Notes: a model not told the origin generated them from the letters alone. A DNA stretch of 64,000 nucleotides from Saccostrea cucullata (GCF_032062105.1 NW_026920964.1:1-64000); one strand, 5' to 3'. Counted from the stretch's first letter, positions 38,285 through 51,324 are shown. Numbers and translations: made by a program.

Positions 38285-41200
38285 ATTTATTTATTTCCAA
38301 TTTTGGGCCCATGAAGGGCATTCAAGAAAAATACAACATAAATAAAATATAAAGCTAAAGAGAGGAAGAGATCCAAATGATAGTTGAATTCATATGCAAC
38401 AATGAATATGTATAATATATGATAAAAGTACACAAACGCAAACATTATGCCACATCATGCATAAATTTTAGTGGATATCTACCTTTCTGCATATTATATC
38501 ATTCTCGACTTTCAGGAACATCCTGAGACAACATTGGATCTTTTATTGTAACATTTAAATATATATTCTGCAAAATTATTTATTATATCACTACTTTCAT
38601 TTGACATTAGCCAAATAAATTTATTTCTGTTTGTAAGTGAGGAGAATTTTTTATTTTCTTCACTTATATGACTAATGAATACTTGCCTATATAGTTTATA
38701 AGTTGAACATTCAAATATAAAATGGATTTCATCTTCTACAGAGTCTGAAGCACAAAGTTTACACTTTCAATCCGTGGCAGGCACATTTCTGTATCTGCCA
38801 GTTTCAATTTCAAGCTTATGTGAACTAATCGGAAGTTTGTAAAACATTTAAGAACTTCTGGTTTTGATATCATAGAAAAATATTTTTCTTTTATTAGTCT
38901 TGTTTTGTATAATCCATATGTTCGAAGTTTGCCTTTTTCATTTCTAACACACTCTGATAAATTATTTTGCCATATATTAGTAAATCTTCTATTTAGTTCA
39001 TTATAAACTATTGATGGAAGGTTTTCAGCCAAGATGTTGTCACAGGATATTCCTAATTGTCCCAACATAAAATGAATACTACTCAACCAACAGCTCTTTC
39101 TATTATTATTCAATATTATATTTTCTTGTAGTGCACTTGCTAGTAAAGTACTATCTGATTTATAAATATGTTGCAAATATTTGATACAATTATACAAGAT
39201 TTCAATATACAATGGATGTCTGCCCCTAATTCACCCATAACAGCATGGTTAGAAGCTTTCTTGTGAACCCCACAAATATATTTTAGAGCTTTGATATGTA
39301 GTTTATCACTAAATAACTTTTTAAAGGAATTTTCTATTTCATAATTTGTCCTTTTAACAACTGCAGATTCTGTGTTTATAGTGCCCCAGATCTCACTTCC
39401 ATATAAAACAACAGGTTTTACAGTATGATCAAAAAGATGTAGCAAGATATTTGCATTTAGTTTGGTATTACCAAAACATTTTACCAATTTAAAGAAAGCT
39501 TTCAAACCACGCTTATATAAATCATACTGACATTGAGCAAATGAACCAGATGCATTGAATAAAACCCCTAGATACTTATATGACAATGTACACTCAATTT
39601 CATGAACTTTATATATAAAATGTAAATTTGTGAGTCGTGCATTTTTGTAAAAGATTACAACTTTTGTTTTTTTCAAATTTACAGTAAGACAATATTTATC
39701 ACAAAAAGTGGCCAGCTTGTTCAAACAATTCTGTAGGCCTTTTGGAGAAGATGATAATAAAACAAGATCATCAGCATAGAGAAGACAACTAAGAGGTTCA
39801 TTATTCAAATATACTTGATCATCTTCACTGTTAAACATATCTGGTAGTTCATTAATAAGGATTTTAAACAAGTTTGGACTCAAATTATCCCCCTGCCTTA
39901 CCCCTAATTCAGGGATGAAGCTTTTAGTAAGTTTATTACCAATTCGAATATGTAAATTATTCGAGGTGTACATGCTCTTAATGACATAGTAAAAAGGACC
40001 TCTAATATCAATCTGAGATAGTCTATATAATAAGGCCGAGTGAAGTACTGTATCAAACGCTTTTGAAAAGTCAATAAAACAGGTGTACAATTTTGAGTTA
40101 GAGGAGTTATATTTTTGAATTAGTGTTTTCAGTACAAACATATGATCAGATGTTCTAGCCTTGGGTTGAAATCCTATTTGGCATTTATTGATAACTTTAT
40201 GGTCATCTAGATAAGTTTGAAGTCTTGCATTTAAAATACTATTGAACACTTTGGAGAGACAAGACATAATTGCTAATCCTCTGTAATTTGAGGTGTCACA
40301 TGGATCATCACATTTATATAATGGTTTTAAGTACCCAATTTTCCAATCAGAGGGATAAACTCCTGTAGAAAGAATTATATTAAATAGTTTTAACAAACAT
40401 CCTACTATTTGGGATAATCCAGCTTTAATCATTTCATTTTTAATCCCATCAAGGCCAGCTGACTTGTTATTTTTAAGTTTAGTTACTGCATCAATTATCT
40501 CTTTTTCTGTAATTCTACAATCAAGGAGTGAAAAGGTTTTACTCTTTTGACTTTGATCACAAAGATTTCTAAAGTATAAGTCTTGTGGAGTAAACTTCTG
40601 TATATATTGAAAGTAGGTTTGAAAAATGAGATATCCATTTATCATGAGATATTCTTGTTGAAGGGTCTTGTTCGTCATTGTCTTCTTTTAATTCTTTGAT
40701 TAATTTCCAGTATGAATTAGGATCCTTAGCATGCAATGTCTCTAGATTTTTCATAATACTTGCTTTAAATTCTCTTTGTTTATATTTGCATTGTTTATTA
40801 TAATGTTTACGATACTTGAAGAAAGAGCCTCTTATAATTGGATCAAAAGGATATTTAGAATACAGTTTACTTTTATTTAATAATTCTAACTTCATTTTGT
40901 GTAAATCATAGTCAGACCATTTTTTATTTTTATGAATTTTATCTTTTTTCACACCTACTTTAACCTTAAGGGATGTCTTTAACGATTTGTTGCATGCTGT
41001 TTTAATAATATCATTAAATCTCATTAAAGCATGATCACTTCCAGATTTATGCTCGTTACAAGAGCTGTTTGAAGGATGGACAGATCTATAATTAATCATG
41101 TTTAACTCTTTACAACTTACTGAACTGTTATGCAACATACACTTAATGTTCACGTCGTGGAAATAGAAATTTACCATTTCCCCGCAAGCACCTTATAGCG

Positions 41201-43128
41201 TGGTACACGTTTCTCTAAAATTTAGCGTAAATAATATCATGACGTAGAATTTTAACACAAATATAACTTTTCTTATTTTATGAGATTTTTGCAAGTATAA
41301 AATAGAATGAAATTGGCATTAAATTAAAAATTAAATGAACTTTTTAAAGTGCGTGAAAATGCGTGATTGCGGGGAAATGGTATATGCGTGATTTTGCGTT
41401 AGAAATAGGAAATGTTATATGCGTTAAAATGCGTGACTGCGGGGAAGGGGGTTAAATCATCTTCCAAATATTCTTTTATCATTGTTTGCACTTCATTATT
41501 ATTCAGCGCAGCTTAAAAATGTATAATAGATTCTTTATTCCATATATAAGAGGATGGAATTAATATGTTCGAGTTCGATACATGATTTTCTTTGCTAAAC
41601 TCCTGAAAATTGGCTTTAATCTGGCATGTTAATTTTGCATGGTCTGAGAGAATTGGTACATGATCATGAATCATAAAATACAAAATGTTGTTTGACAGTG
41701 AATTTGATATTATACAATAGTCAACGATACTATTACCATTGTATTGAAAACACGTAAACTTTCCACTTAAATCTCCAACACTTCTCCCATTCAAAAATGC
41801 AAATCATGGGATATACAAAAATCAATAAGATCTCTTCCCCTCTTATTAACAAAAGAATCATGACTAGATCTAACAGGCAAATGATAATCAACATGGTCAA
41901 ATGAAGTTGGAACATAAGAATCAAAATCTGTGTTTTCTATTTCAGTCCCGGTCCTTGCATTAAAATCGCCACATATTATAATATTCCCAATTTGGCTATA
42001 TTCTGTGACATTATGTTCTAATATTTGTAAGACATCCAAATTGTTTCTTATGACATATGATGAATTAGAAGGGGCAAAGTATGTGAAACAAATGTAAAGA
42101 TCCTTTTCAAAGCCAAAGAATTCCTTAGCTAATCTGATCCACTGTATTTCACTACTGGTATTTTTGATAATTTTGATTCCTGGTTTAATAGAGTTTTTCA
42201 ACAAAATTATGATCCCCCCTGATACAGGATATTTTTCTTCTTTAGGGCGGGGAACTGAAATAGAGCTAAAATCTTGACCGAAGTCAAAGTGGTCATCTTT
42301 ACTATGTTTTGTTTCTAATATACCAAATATATCATATCTACTAATCTCTGCAAGGAAATATTTGTCTCTCGATTTATTGTGAACTGAAGATTTCAGTTTA
42401 TTTATATTCCAACTTCCAATCTTTAAAAGTTTTCGCATTATTCTAGACAATCAAGTTCTTCTCGGAGATTCTCAGAGAAAAGGAAAACACCTTGTTTGGA
42501 CAAGTGCTTTTGGTCACGCAAGATACCTCTGAGTGGCATGCCTCTGTAGAATAAATTGCTGTTGTCACAAAGAACGACGGAATTGTCACGCTTGTAGTGA
42601 TTCTGAAGATCTATGTTCAGAGTATTTATTCGCAGGTTGAATTCACGGTCTCCTCTGGGTAAGCCAAGGGATATCATAAGTCGACAGGACGGAAATTTTA
42701 CTTTGGTTACGTCGATTAAGTGTTGACATTTTTTCAATAGCTGAGGATTTGAGGATTTTTCAACATCGTTGCATAGTAGATGATACACAATGATTTCTGG
42801 TTTCATCTCTCCGTCATAGTTCTGTATATACTCTGTTGCATCATCAATGGTGTATCTAGTCTCTTTATGGACAGAGTATCTCTTCCCTGCTACATACCTG
42901 CAGCTAACATATTTAATGTTTGATGTTCCGACGAACAGAACTTGTTTTCTTCTGTGTCGAGTTGCTCGTTCCTATCGGCTTCTCACAGCTTGCTTTGGTT
43001 TGTTGTCAGCTTGTCGTGGTTCAGCATCTGGTAGATTTTGTCTGTTTGATATGTTTACAGCTCGTCCTTGGTGCAGTTCAGCATTATGATCTGGTCGATT
43101 TTGTTTGTTTACAGCTCGTCTCTGATCT
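38285..43128 (-). mobile_element. Decayed non-LTR retrotransposon (RTEX-like): ORF1 SGNH-esterase-like, ORF2 APE endonuclease plus RT
   Basis: APE motifs SWNI, ICGDFNART, IVDY, SDH; RT motifs DFSKAFDTV, QGDNLSP, YADD; ORF1 HLLCNDV..DQKHLSKQG; several frameshifts; AAAT-repeat 3' tail at ~38285. Confidence 0.88.
41028..41451. mobile_element. TTAA-targeted insertion (piggyBac-like end) within LINE ORF2
   Basis: TTAA at 41024-41027 and 41452-41455; right end GGGG|TTAA; removing it rejoins EDDL-MRFNDII. Confidence 0.6.
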
Positions 43129-43515
43129 ACTGGGATTTCCTCTATACTCTCTTTAGAACCATATCTGTTCGACATCGCAAATAATGGTACCCATTGGATA
43201 AAAATTTGTAAATTTCACTCCTCCATGGCACCTGATCCCACCTCCAATGCTTTGGAAGTCCATGTTTGCTTTGCCTCTATCTTGTATTGATGAACGAACT
43301 TTTGATCTTAAATACTGTTTGCTATCTCCACATGTTTCATTAGATCTTCATTTTCAGACTGAATTTTCATCAGAAGTGTCCCTTTACCCGATCATGTCAA
43401 TTGACACTCGACGGGTGTGAGTGGTCGGTAGGAAAAGTTTAAATCTCTGTGGCAGCTGCAGTCAGTTCTGATTTAAAGATCGAAGTTTGCCTTGCTAATA
43501 ATTTGTATAATGTAA

Positions 43516-45264
43516 ATGGACTTACAGGCAGAATCAGTGTTTGTTATCTTCAAGTTTCGTCCAAGCTATTCAAAGCCTGAAACAAAAATGAGCATTATGA
43601 AAATACGTAATACAGCATTGACAAAGCCACCAATTTGTGATCCATTTCACGGAAAGATAGAATTCTACTGCAACACATGTACAAGAGACCTTTGTGTTCC
43701 TTGTAAGGAGAAACATGTAATAGATTTGGACACTATGTATCATGATGTAGTAATACGTCAATTAAAGAATGGAATTATGGTATCAGAGGCGTGTAAAAGA
43801 CACAAAGACAGAAAATATGACCGTTGGTGTCTGTCTTGTGAAAATCCACTTTGTGTCAAGTGTAACGAACACCAAGAACATGAAACACACGATATAGATC
43901 CATGTTGCGTGGTGTGCAGAGAAGAGAGCAATATCAGTATTATTCACCTCCGAGGTGAGATACTTCCTTATAGTATGGCTATCTTTGCGGATATAAAATC
44001 TGACCAGAAAACAGAAAAACATCGAGCGGAATCATTCGAAATCATGGAAAAAATGAAAAGAAAAGCTCAGAGACTAAAGAATTTTATCGATAAAAAAATG
44101 CGAAAGGAATGTACCAAATTAAATTCTCAAATAATCTCATTAATTTATCAGCAGCGAAAGCGACATTTAAAAAAAATTATGAAATATGAACATAGATTTG
44201 AACAGTTATCAAACAGACCAGTAGGATTCCTTTCATGGGTTAAGAGGTTTCAAGTTCCTAAACTGAATGGAATTCATGAGGATTTGAGTTGTTTAATAGG
44301 AAATATCCAACAGAAAGAGATAGGGAAAAGGCAAGTAAGAAATGACTTTCTCCTGGAAATTATGCTCGAAATTGATATGTTTCACGAATCTATAATTGTG
44401 ACAGACATGTTAGAGATCGATGAAGATGACAATTGGATTCGTCATATTTCCCTTGGATTACCAAACACAATCTGGATAAGTGATAAAAATAGCTTAATCT
44501 TGATAGATACAACTGGTGACACTCTGGATCAGCTGGCAGTTACAGATATTGGAACGGGTGTACATACAGTGACCAACGAAAAAGAACTTATTTACATTAA
44601 TGAAAATGAGAACATCTGCAAATTATCAAAAGACAACACAACCGAATCAACAATTATATTAAAATCAGATCCATGGAGGCCTCTCTGTGTCTACAGCTCC
44701 ACTTTAAATGGAGATCTATTGGTTGGATCTGGTAAATATGAGAAAGACAATCAAACAGAATCCAAAATAAACCAGCATTTTCCTACGGAGGCCAGAGTAA
44801 ACCGATACGATAGCAAAATGTTAAAGATCCAAACTATCCAATACAAAAGGCGTAAAAAGAAAATGTATAAGTGTCCTGCATATATAACAGAAAACAGTAA
44901 CGGAGATGTTATTGTGTCCGATAAAAGATCTTCGCATAGTGATGATAATGGTGTTGTCGTCGTAACGGACCGTCAGGGAATCTTTCGGTTCTCCTACAAC
45001 GGACCTCCATTCGAGAGCCAATCATTTTTTCCTTGTGGGATTTGCACAGACGGACTATCAAACATTGTGGTGTGTGATCACAACTCAGGCACCGTTCAAT
45101 TGATTAACAAAGATGGACATTTTCTTATGTATCTCTTGACTTCCCCAGACATCATGCCACCATGGAGTCTTGCCTATGATGAAATTAACCACCGTTTATT
45201 GGTTGAATCAAGTATATGTGAAATATTCTTATACAGATACATTAACAGGAAGGATTACTATTAA
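43516..45264 (+). CDS. RING-less TRIM-like protein: B-box x2, coiled coil, NHL-like propeller (intact, second subfamily; start may be the ATG at 43588)
   Basis: FYCNTCTRDLCVPCKEKH, CKRH..WCLSCENPLCVKC; PAYITENSNGDVIVSD, PCGICTD; uninterrupted 582-aa ORF. Confidence 0.9.
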   Translation: MDLQAESVFVIFKFRPSYSKPETKMSIMKIRNTALTKPPICDPFHGKIEFYCNTCTRDLCVPCKEKHVIDLDTMYHDVVIRQLKNGIMVSEACKRHKDRKYDRWCLSCENPLCVKCNEHQEHETHDIDPCCVVCREESNISIIHLRGEILPYSMAIFADIKSDQKTEKHRAESFEIMEKMKRKAQRLKNFIDKKMRKECTKLNSQIISLIYQQRKRHLKKIMKYEHRFEQLSNRPVGFLSWVKRFQVPKLNGIHEDLSCLIGNIQQKEIGKRQVRNDFLLEIMLEIDMFHESIIVTDMLEIDEDDNWIRHISLGLPNTIWISDKNSLILIDTTGDTLDQLAVTDIGTGVHTVTNEKELIYINENENICKLSKDNTTESTIILKSDPWRPLCVYSSTLNGDLLVGSGKYEKDNQTESKINQHFPTEARVNRYDSKMLKIQTIQYKRRKKKMYKCPAYITENSNGDVIVSDKRSSHSDDNGVVVVTDRQGIFRFSYNGPPFESQSFFPCGICTDGLSNIVVCDHNSGTVQLINKDGHFLMYLLTSPDIMPPWSLAYDEINHRLLVESSICEIFLYRYINRKDYY

Positions 45265-45678
45265 AATTGATTAAAGAACAGGATCTGACATAATAATATA
45301 GAGAATATTTATTATTTAGAATACGATTTGAGAAAATAGTGGATACAATTACAATTGGATATGTATTTTGTCAGATTTTAAGCAATATAATGAATGTTTT
45401 ATTTCATTATATTCTGTATTCTTTTTTTCAGATATTTATAGATATTCCTAATGTATTTTCTTCAAAATGTTATATAATACTTCAGACATAATCTGTAGAA
45501 TAATCATTACAATTGGATTTGTATTTTGTCAAATATAAGCAATACAATGTATCTATTTGTCCCTTTATATTCTGTATTCTTTTTTAGAGACATTATAGAT
45601 ATTCATATTAAATTTTCCCTATACGTTGTAAAATAATAAACCAGACATACTCTATAAAATTTTAATAATTATTAAATA

Positions 45679-45879
45679 CTGTAGACGTACTTTTTCCACG
45701 GGGTCATAATTCAGCGGAATCTCTATTTCTGTTCAATCCGCTGATTGAAAATTACGCGGATACCTTAAGACTATTTATGCATGCCTTATGTTAAGTTCAA
45801 TGGGACAAATTTCCGCGGAAAATTTGTGACCCTGCACATAGCGTTAATTAATACCACGCGGAAAAATGTACTTCTACAG
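45679..45879. mobile_element. Short pogo/Tigger-like MITE
   Basis: TA|CTGTAGACGTAC..GTACTTCTACAG|TA. Confidence 0.8.
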
Positions 45880-46431
45880 TAAATATAAAAGTTCATTTTT
45901 ACATTCTAATTGAATACTGATCAAAACATTTGCAGTGTGTTACTTGTACTGGCAATCACATCTAATATCGTATTAAACAATTTATATGTTATATTGATTT
46001 TAGAATTATAATTTATTTTTATATTCCTTTGTTATTAATGTATGACCGAAGCAAAGTCAACTGAGCTAGTTTTTTGATGGATCAAAAGAAAATAACAACA
46101 CAAATGAAAGTGAAAAAATGTCATTTTTTGAAGTAAATGACACAAAAACAAATATTAAACATATTATGGGGGTCAGACAAGACGATCAAAAACTTCGAAA
46201 GAACACAAAAATCTTTGACATCACATTATGCAATCTGACCCCCTAACATTTAATATAGCATAAAGCAGGCACTGATATGCCTGCAATCAAAAAAGGGTGG
46301 AAATTTCATATACACGATTATTTGATCGACACCTGTGATTCCGAATTTCTAGTAAGCGAAAACAAAATAAAGAGATCGTAGCAGATATGAAATCTGTCAA
46401 GAAAAAAGAAATTTAACTTCAAAAGAAAACG

Positions 46432-46668
46432 TCGCCCGCGTGGTGCAGTGGTTAGAGCGTCTGCTCCTAGAGTCGCGAAGTAAGGAGTCAATCAGCAGTA
46501 GGTGCTGGCACGAAAAAGATCCCTCACTGCTCAAAGGCCCTGAATACCGAGTATAGGACAAAATTTGTAGCTCTCCACCGGCAAGTGGTGGCGGCACCAT
46601 ATGAATGAAAAATTCTCGAGAGGGACGTTAAACAACATACAATCAAGCATGCAATCAGTCAATCAAAC
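46432..46668 (+). mobile_element. tRNA-derived SINE with internal deletion
   Basis: A-box TGGTGCAGTGG, core matching 2462-2740, AATC tail. Confidence 0.8.
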
Positions 46669-46682
46669 AAAAGGAACATCCA

Positions 46683-49555
46683 AATCATGTTAAAAATGAC
46701 AAAACAGGCTCATAAAGTAAAAAATAATATTGATAAAAATGCGGATGGAATCTACTAAATTAAATTGTCAACTAATCTCATCAAAATTTCAAATTTTACA
46801 AGAACATATTAAAAAAATGATGAAATATGAACATGAATTTGAAGTTATCAAACAGACCAGTCGGATTCCTTTTATGGCTTAAGAAGTTTTATAGTCCTAA
46901 AATAAATGAATTTAAGAAAGAGATGATTTGCTTAATAGGAAAATACAACAAAGATAAGGAAAATTAAAATAGGAAATGAGTCTCTCCTGAAAATGTTCAA
47001 ATATGAGATCCAAAAATTTATAATCTGACAGATATCACAACAGTACGACCAAAGGATAAGTACACTTAAGGAATACTTTATGGACCCTATTTCTGGGCCA
47101 AATTTTTTTTAAAGAATATAATACCGAATCGTTTTCTTTTGGTAATAGTTAAATAGTATTGAATATTTCTAATCAAAAAATCATTTTAAGCATTATCTAA
47201 ATCAGCAAACGTATAAAACAATGGACTATTTTAGATGCCTATATATATATACCCAGATCTCGAAAAGTCGTACCGAATCCACTTTGAGTTTCGTTTATTT
47301 AAATCGAGGGTGGAAACATTTGAACAATCCGATGACGGTTCATCGATGGGTGTATTTACCGATTAATACTTTTTTCTGTTTTGCATTTTAAAAAATCGAA
47401 TGAGGTTGTGTAGATGCCCGAAGCGATATAAAGGAACTCAACTTCATTGCACGCTTGTATTAAAAAAATAAGTATTTATATTAGTTTCTTTGAATTTTGG
47501 AAATAAAAAAAGAGTATTAAGGTAGATTTTATTAGGGTCTCATTGTCTTGCATGAACGATAACAATGTTGACACTTTTATAAACGACACTGAGCTCTCTT
47601 TACCCCCTAGTGTTGAATACTGTCTGTTATCTCCATATCCTTCCTTCCCCGAGTGTTTCTAAAACCAAATACATACAATCATCTCTAAGCAGCACGAATT
47701 TAATAATAGAAAGACTGGCTATGCAGTGAGCACCCTTGGGGAATGTTTACTTGGGTAGAACTCAGGTGACTATCAGTATTTTAAAAAAAAATTCTACTTT
47801 TAACTTTTTATACATTTTTAATATTTTATAAATATATAAAGCATCTTTTATCATTCGCACAAGTTTGCACAACGTTAGGCTCATGTTAGAAGGGCTTCTC
47901 GATTAACTATAGGATATCACGAATGTCGGCTGATCCCTACCACATTGTATGGCTTTGCTCTTTGTATATTCATGATTTTCAGTGGTAAAAATTATTGAAT
48001 CGTATGGTATATATATCAATTGATAACTTGAAATGAAAAAAATTGATTTATTTGATTCTTTATTTTTTCATGTTTTACATGGGGCCCATAAGTGCACTCG
48101 TTCTTTCCCTTAAATTACCGAGCAAAATCTGGGTTAGTGATAAAAATAGCTTAATCTCGACAAATATAACTGATAATAGACTGCACTAGCTGGCAGCTAC
48201 AAATATTGGTACTGGTGTACATAGAGTGACAACAGAAAAGGAACTCATCTAAATAAATATTGGTTCTGGTGTACATACAGGGACCAGAGGAAAGAAACTC
48301 ATTTACATAAATATTGGTACTGGTGTACATACAGGGACCAGAGAAAAGGAACTCATTTACATAAACATTGGTACTGGTGTACATAGAGTGACCAGAGAAA
48401 AGAAACTCATTTACATAAACATTGGTTCTGGTGTACATACAGGGACCAGAGAAAAGGAACTCATTTACATAAACATTGGTTCTGGTGTACATAGAGTGAC
48501 CAGAGAAAAGGAATTCATTTACATGAATATTGGTACTGGTGTACATAGAGTGACCAGAGAAAAGGAACTCATTTACATAAATATTGGTACTGGTGTACAT
48601 AGAGTGACCAGAGAAAAGGAACTCATTTACATAAATATTTGTTCTGGTGTACATACAGGGACCAGAGAAAAGAAACTCATTTACATAAATATTGGTACTG
48701 GTGTACGTAGAGTGACCAGAGAAAAGAAACTCATTTACATAAATATTGGTTCTGGTGTACATACAGTGACCAGAGAAAAGAAACTCATTTACATAAATAT
48801 TGGTACTGGTGTACATACAGTAACCAGAGAAGGGAACTCATTTACATAAATACTGGCACGGGTGTTCATACAGGGACCAGAGAAAAGAATTCATTTACAT
48901 AAATATTGGTACTGGTGTACATAGAGAGACCAGAGAAAAGAAATTCATTTATTTAAATCGAAATGTTAACATTTACAAACTATCACAAGACACCACAACA
49001 GAGTCAACATTTATAAAGAAATCAGACCCTTGGAGACCACAATGTGTCTACAGCTCAATGGAGATATAACTAAACACTTTCCTTCGGAAGCCAACGCTTT
49101 CCTTCGGAAATAAATAAACTGATACACCAGCAAAGGAGAAAAACCAAAAATGTCCAATACAGACGGTGTAAAAAGAAAATTTATAATAGCCCTGTATATA
49201 ACAGAGAATAGAAATGGAACTATATTTGTGTCATATACAAGACCCTTACATTGTGAAGATAATGGTGCCGTTGTTGTTCCAGACCGTCGGGAAGTCTTTC
49301 GGTTCTAGAGACTCCCATTTTTTCCATGCAGGATTTGTACAGACGCACTATCAAACATCCTGATGTGTGATTGCAACTCTGTCGACGTACACATTAATGA
49401 CAAAGACGGGAATTGTCTTATATGGCTGGGTGCAGACATGATGTCATGGAGCTCGAGTATAGTATAGGATGACAAAAATCATCCTTTATGAGATGGAACA
49501 TACGTATGTTAATTATGTATATAAAGATACATTAATAGGAAAAATTGTTTTTAAA
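46683..49555 (+). pseudogene. TRIM-like pseudogene (paralog of 43516-45264) interrupted by a ~1.06-kb insertion (~47050-48112) and a 54-bp repeat expansion
   Basis: 46800-47040 matches the coiled-coil region 44160-44410; 48113-49550 matches the NHL region 44455-45264, with stops and frameshifts. Confidence 0.85.
48202..48955 (+). repeat. 54-bp minisatellite, 14 units, encoding NIGTGVHTVTREKELIYI
   Basis: Units start every 54 bp from 48202; units 12 and 13 are 53 bp; single ancestral copy at 44545-44598. Confidence 0.97.
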
Positions 49556-50001
49556 ATTGAATGACGAAAAAAATTGAATAATAATTATAACCTTTATTTA
49601 TTCATGATAACACTTTTAGCTTAAAGCTAGATTTTTTTACTTTGTTGTTCATCATTTTAACACATTTACATTCACATATGGGCATATAAAATTAGCATCT
49701 TAATATAAACACTAGATAAAAAAAAAGAACAAACATATGCAGATATATATAGGCATGAAGAATCATATTTTTAACACTAAATAGATTGGCACACTCAAGG
49801 ATCGGGGGAAAATCCGGTTTAAGCATTGAATCTGTTAAAATACTCGGTAGATACACAGAATTAAAAATATCCACTAAACTAAAGGTTGTAATATTTTTGG
49901 CAGCTTGTTCCATACAAATGCATTATAAATATGTAAATAATGAATATCCCAGTAATATAATAGATAGGATTTTAATATCACGTATGTTTATTTACTTTCA
50001 G

Positions 50002-50327
50002 CTAATGATTCAAAGGGAAACATCCGAAATCATGTTGCAGATGACAAGAAAATGTCAGAGACTGAAGGATTTTATCAATAAAGAAATTCAAAAGGAATTT
50101 ACTGAAATAATGTTTCAATTAATCTCAACGAAATTCCAACATCGAAAAAAGCATATCGAAAACATGATGAGATATGAAGATCAATTTGAACAGTCAGCAA
50201 ACAGGCCAGTAGTATTCCTTTTATGGCTAAAGAAGTTTCCAATTCCTAAAATGAATGAAATTAAGGAAGAGGTGATTTGTTTAATGGGAAAAATAAAACA
50301 GAAAAGGATAGGGAGAAGGCAAGTAAA
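50002..50327 (+). pseudogene. TRIM-like coiled-coil fragment disrupted by the Gypsy insertion
   Basis: QRLKDFINK..RYEDQFEQSANRPVVFLLW..IGRRQV matches the paralog at 44040-44340 and ends exactly at the LTR. Confidence 0.85.
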
Positions 50328-50618
50328 TGTAGTACAATTTGTATCCTGTGCCGAGCCCCTATATGTATTCCCGTGTTGTACCCCTTTTGTGTATGTGTGC
50401 GTATGACGTCACGCTTTCGTGTGTAGCCAGTAGAAGAAGACGCCATTCCGTGTAAGAAACCACTGGTAACTTTTGTGAACTATTTCGACCTGCTGTGTGC
50501 GGCCAGGGGCTGCTGTGTGCGCCTCACATATATAATAACTTGCTGCTGTGTGCGCTCGTTATCTCTGTATATTTGTGTATTGGTTAACTGCATTGTTTAT
50601 GTAATAAATGTCATTACA
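50328..50618 (+). repeat. 5' LTR of Ty3/Gypsy element
   Basis: TGTA...TACA ends, AATAAA near the 3' end, followed directly by a PBS. Confidence 0.85.
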
Positions 50619-50622
50619 ACAT

Positions 50623-50635
50623 TGGCGACGAGGAT
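50623..50635 (+). promoter_or_regulatory. Primer-binding site, tRNA-Ser(GCU)-type
   Basis: TGGCGACGAGGAT is complementary to the 3' end (..AUCCUCGUCGCCA) of eukaryotic tRNA-Ser(GCU). Confidence 0.75.
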
Positions 50636-51324
50636 AAACGGCGCGAAACATCCGGCCATGTGCTTCTGAAAAATATCAAACTCAATTTTACTTTAGATAA
50701 CGATTCAGAACCCATATATTTTAATTTGTACTAGTTTATTGGATAGGTTTATTCACACATAGAGTTATTTTTGGAAGATAAGGGTTAATTTACAAAATTT
50801 ATTGTTCGTTCGAATTTCCTCAGAATGTAAGAGTAGCCAAGTTCTGCATAGGCTTGCAGTTATACTTGTTATTTTAAGTAGGTAATCGCATTCTTGTCAT
50901 CCAAATACACCAGGGTTAATAGCTCTTCCATTTTTAAGTCCTGTTTCCATATAAATAACAAAATTGTACTTATTTGTAGAAAAAAAAGTATACATTAAGA
51001 AAAAAACAGTTTAAAACCCCCCTCTCCATTCCTTAGAGTGGAGGCGCACTGCAGTACAATTACCCATTTCTTTTTAGAAAGGAATAAAATAAAGGTTCAT
51101 TCAATTGCTTTGCATATAACTAACTAACACCTGTGTTAATTTTTGATTTCATCAAACAGCAAATACTGTTTACCTTACCAATTGCTCCCTAGCAATTTGT
51201 GTATGGTTATTTGCCATAATTAAATTGCTAAATCTTTCTACTTTCTTTCTTTCTATCTATTGTTTAACATCAAAATAAAAGTTTGTACTGCTGTTTTTTT
51301 CAATAAATATCACAAACATTGAAC

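Larger units (their letters stand above)
38085..43151. mobile_element. Inverted-repeat (TIR-like) pair enclosing the LINE
   Basis: GAGAGTATAGAGGAAGTTCCCAG at 38085 and CTGGGATTTCCTCTATACTCTC ending at 43151; the inverted match extends outward to ~37972 and ~43215. Confidence 0.65.

Noticed and set aside
46432-46480. tRNA gene
   Set aside because: Only an A-box head of a SINE; no complete cloverleaf (same for ~20417)
48151-48816. 221-aa antisense repeat ORF, or a CRISPR-like array
   Set aside because: It is the reverse frame of the 54-bp minisatellite; there are no unique spacers and the context is eukaryotic
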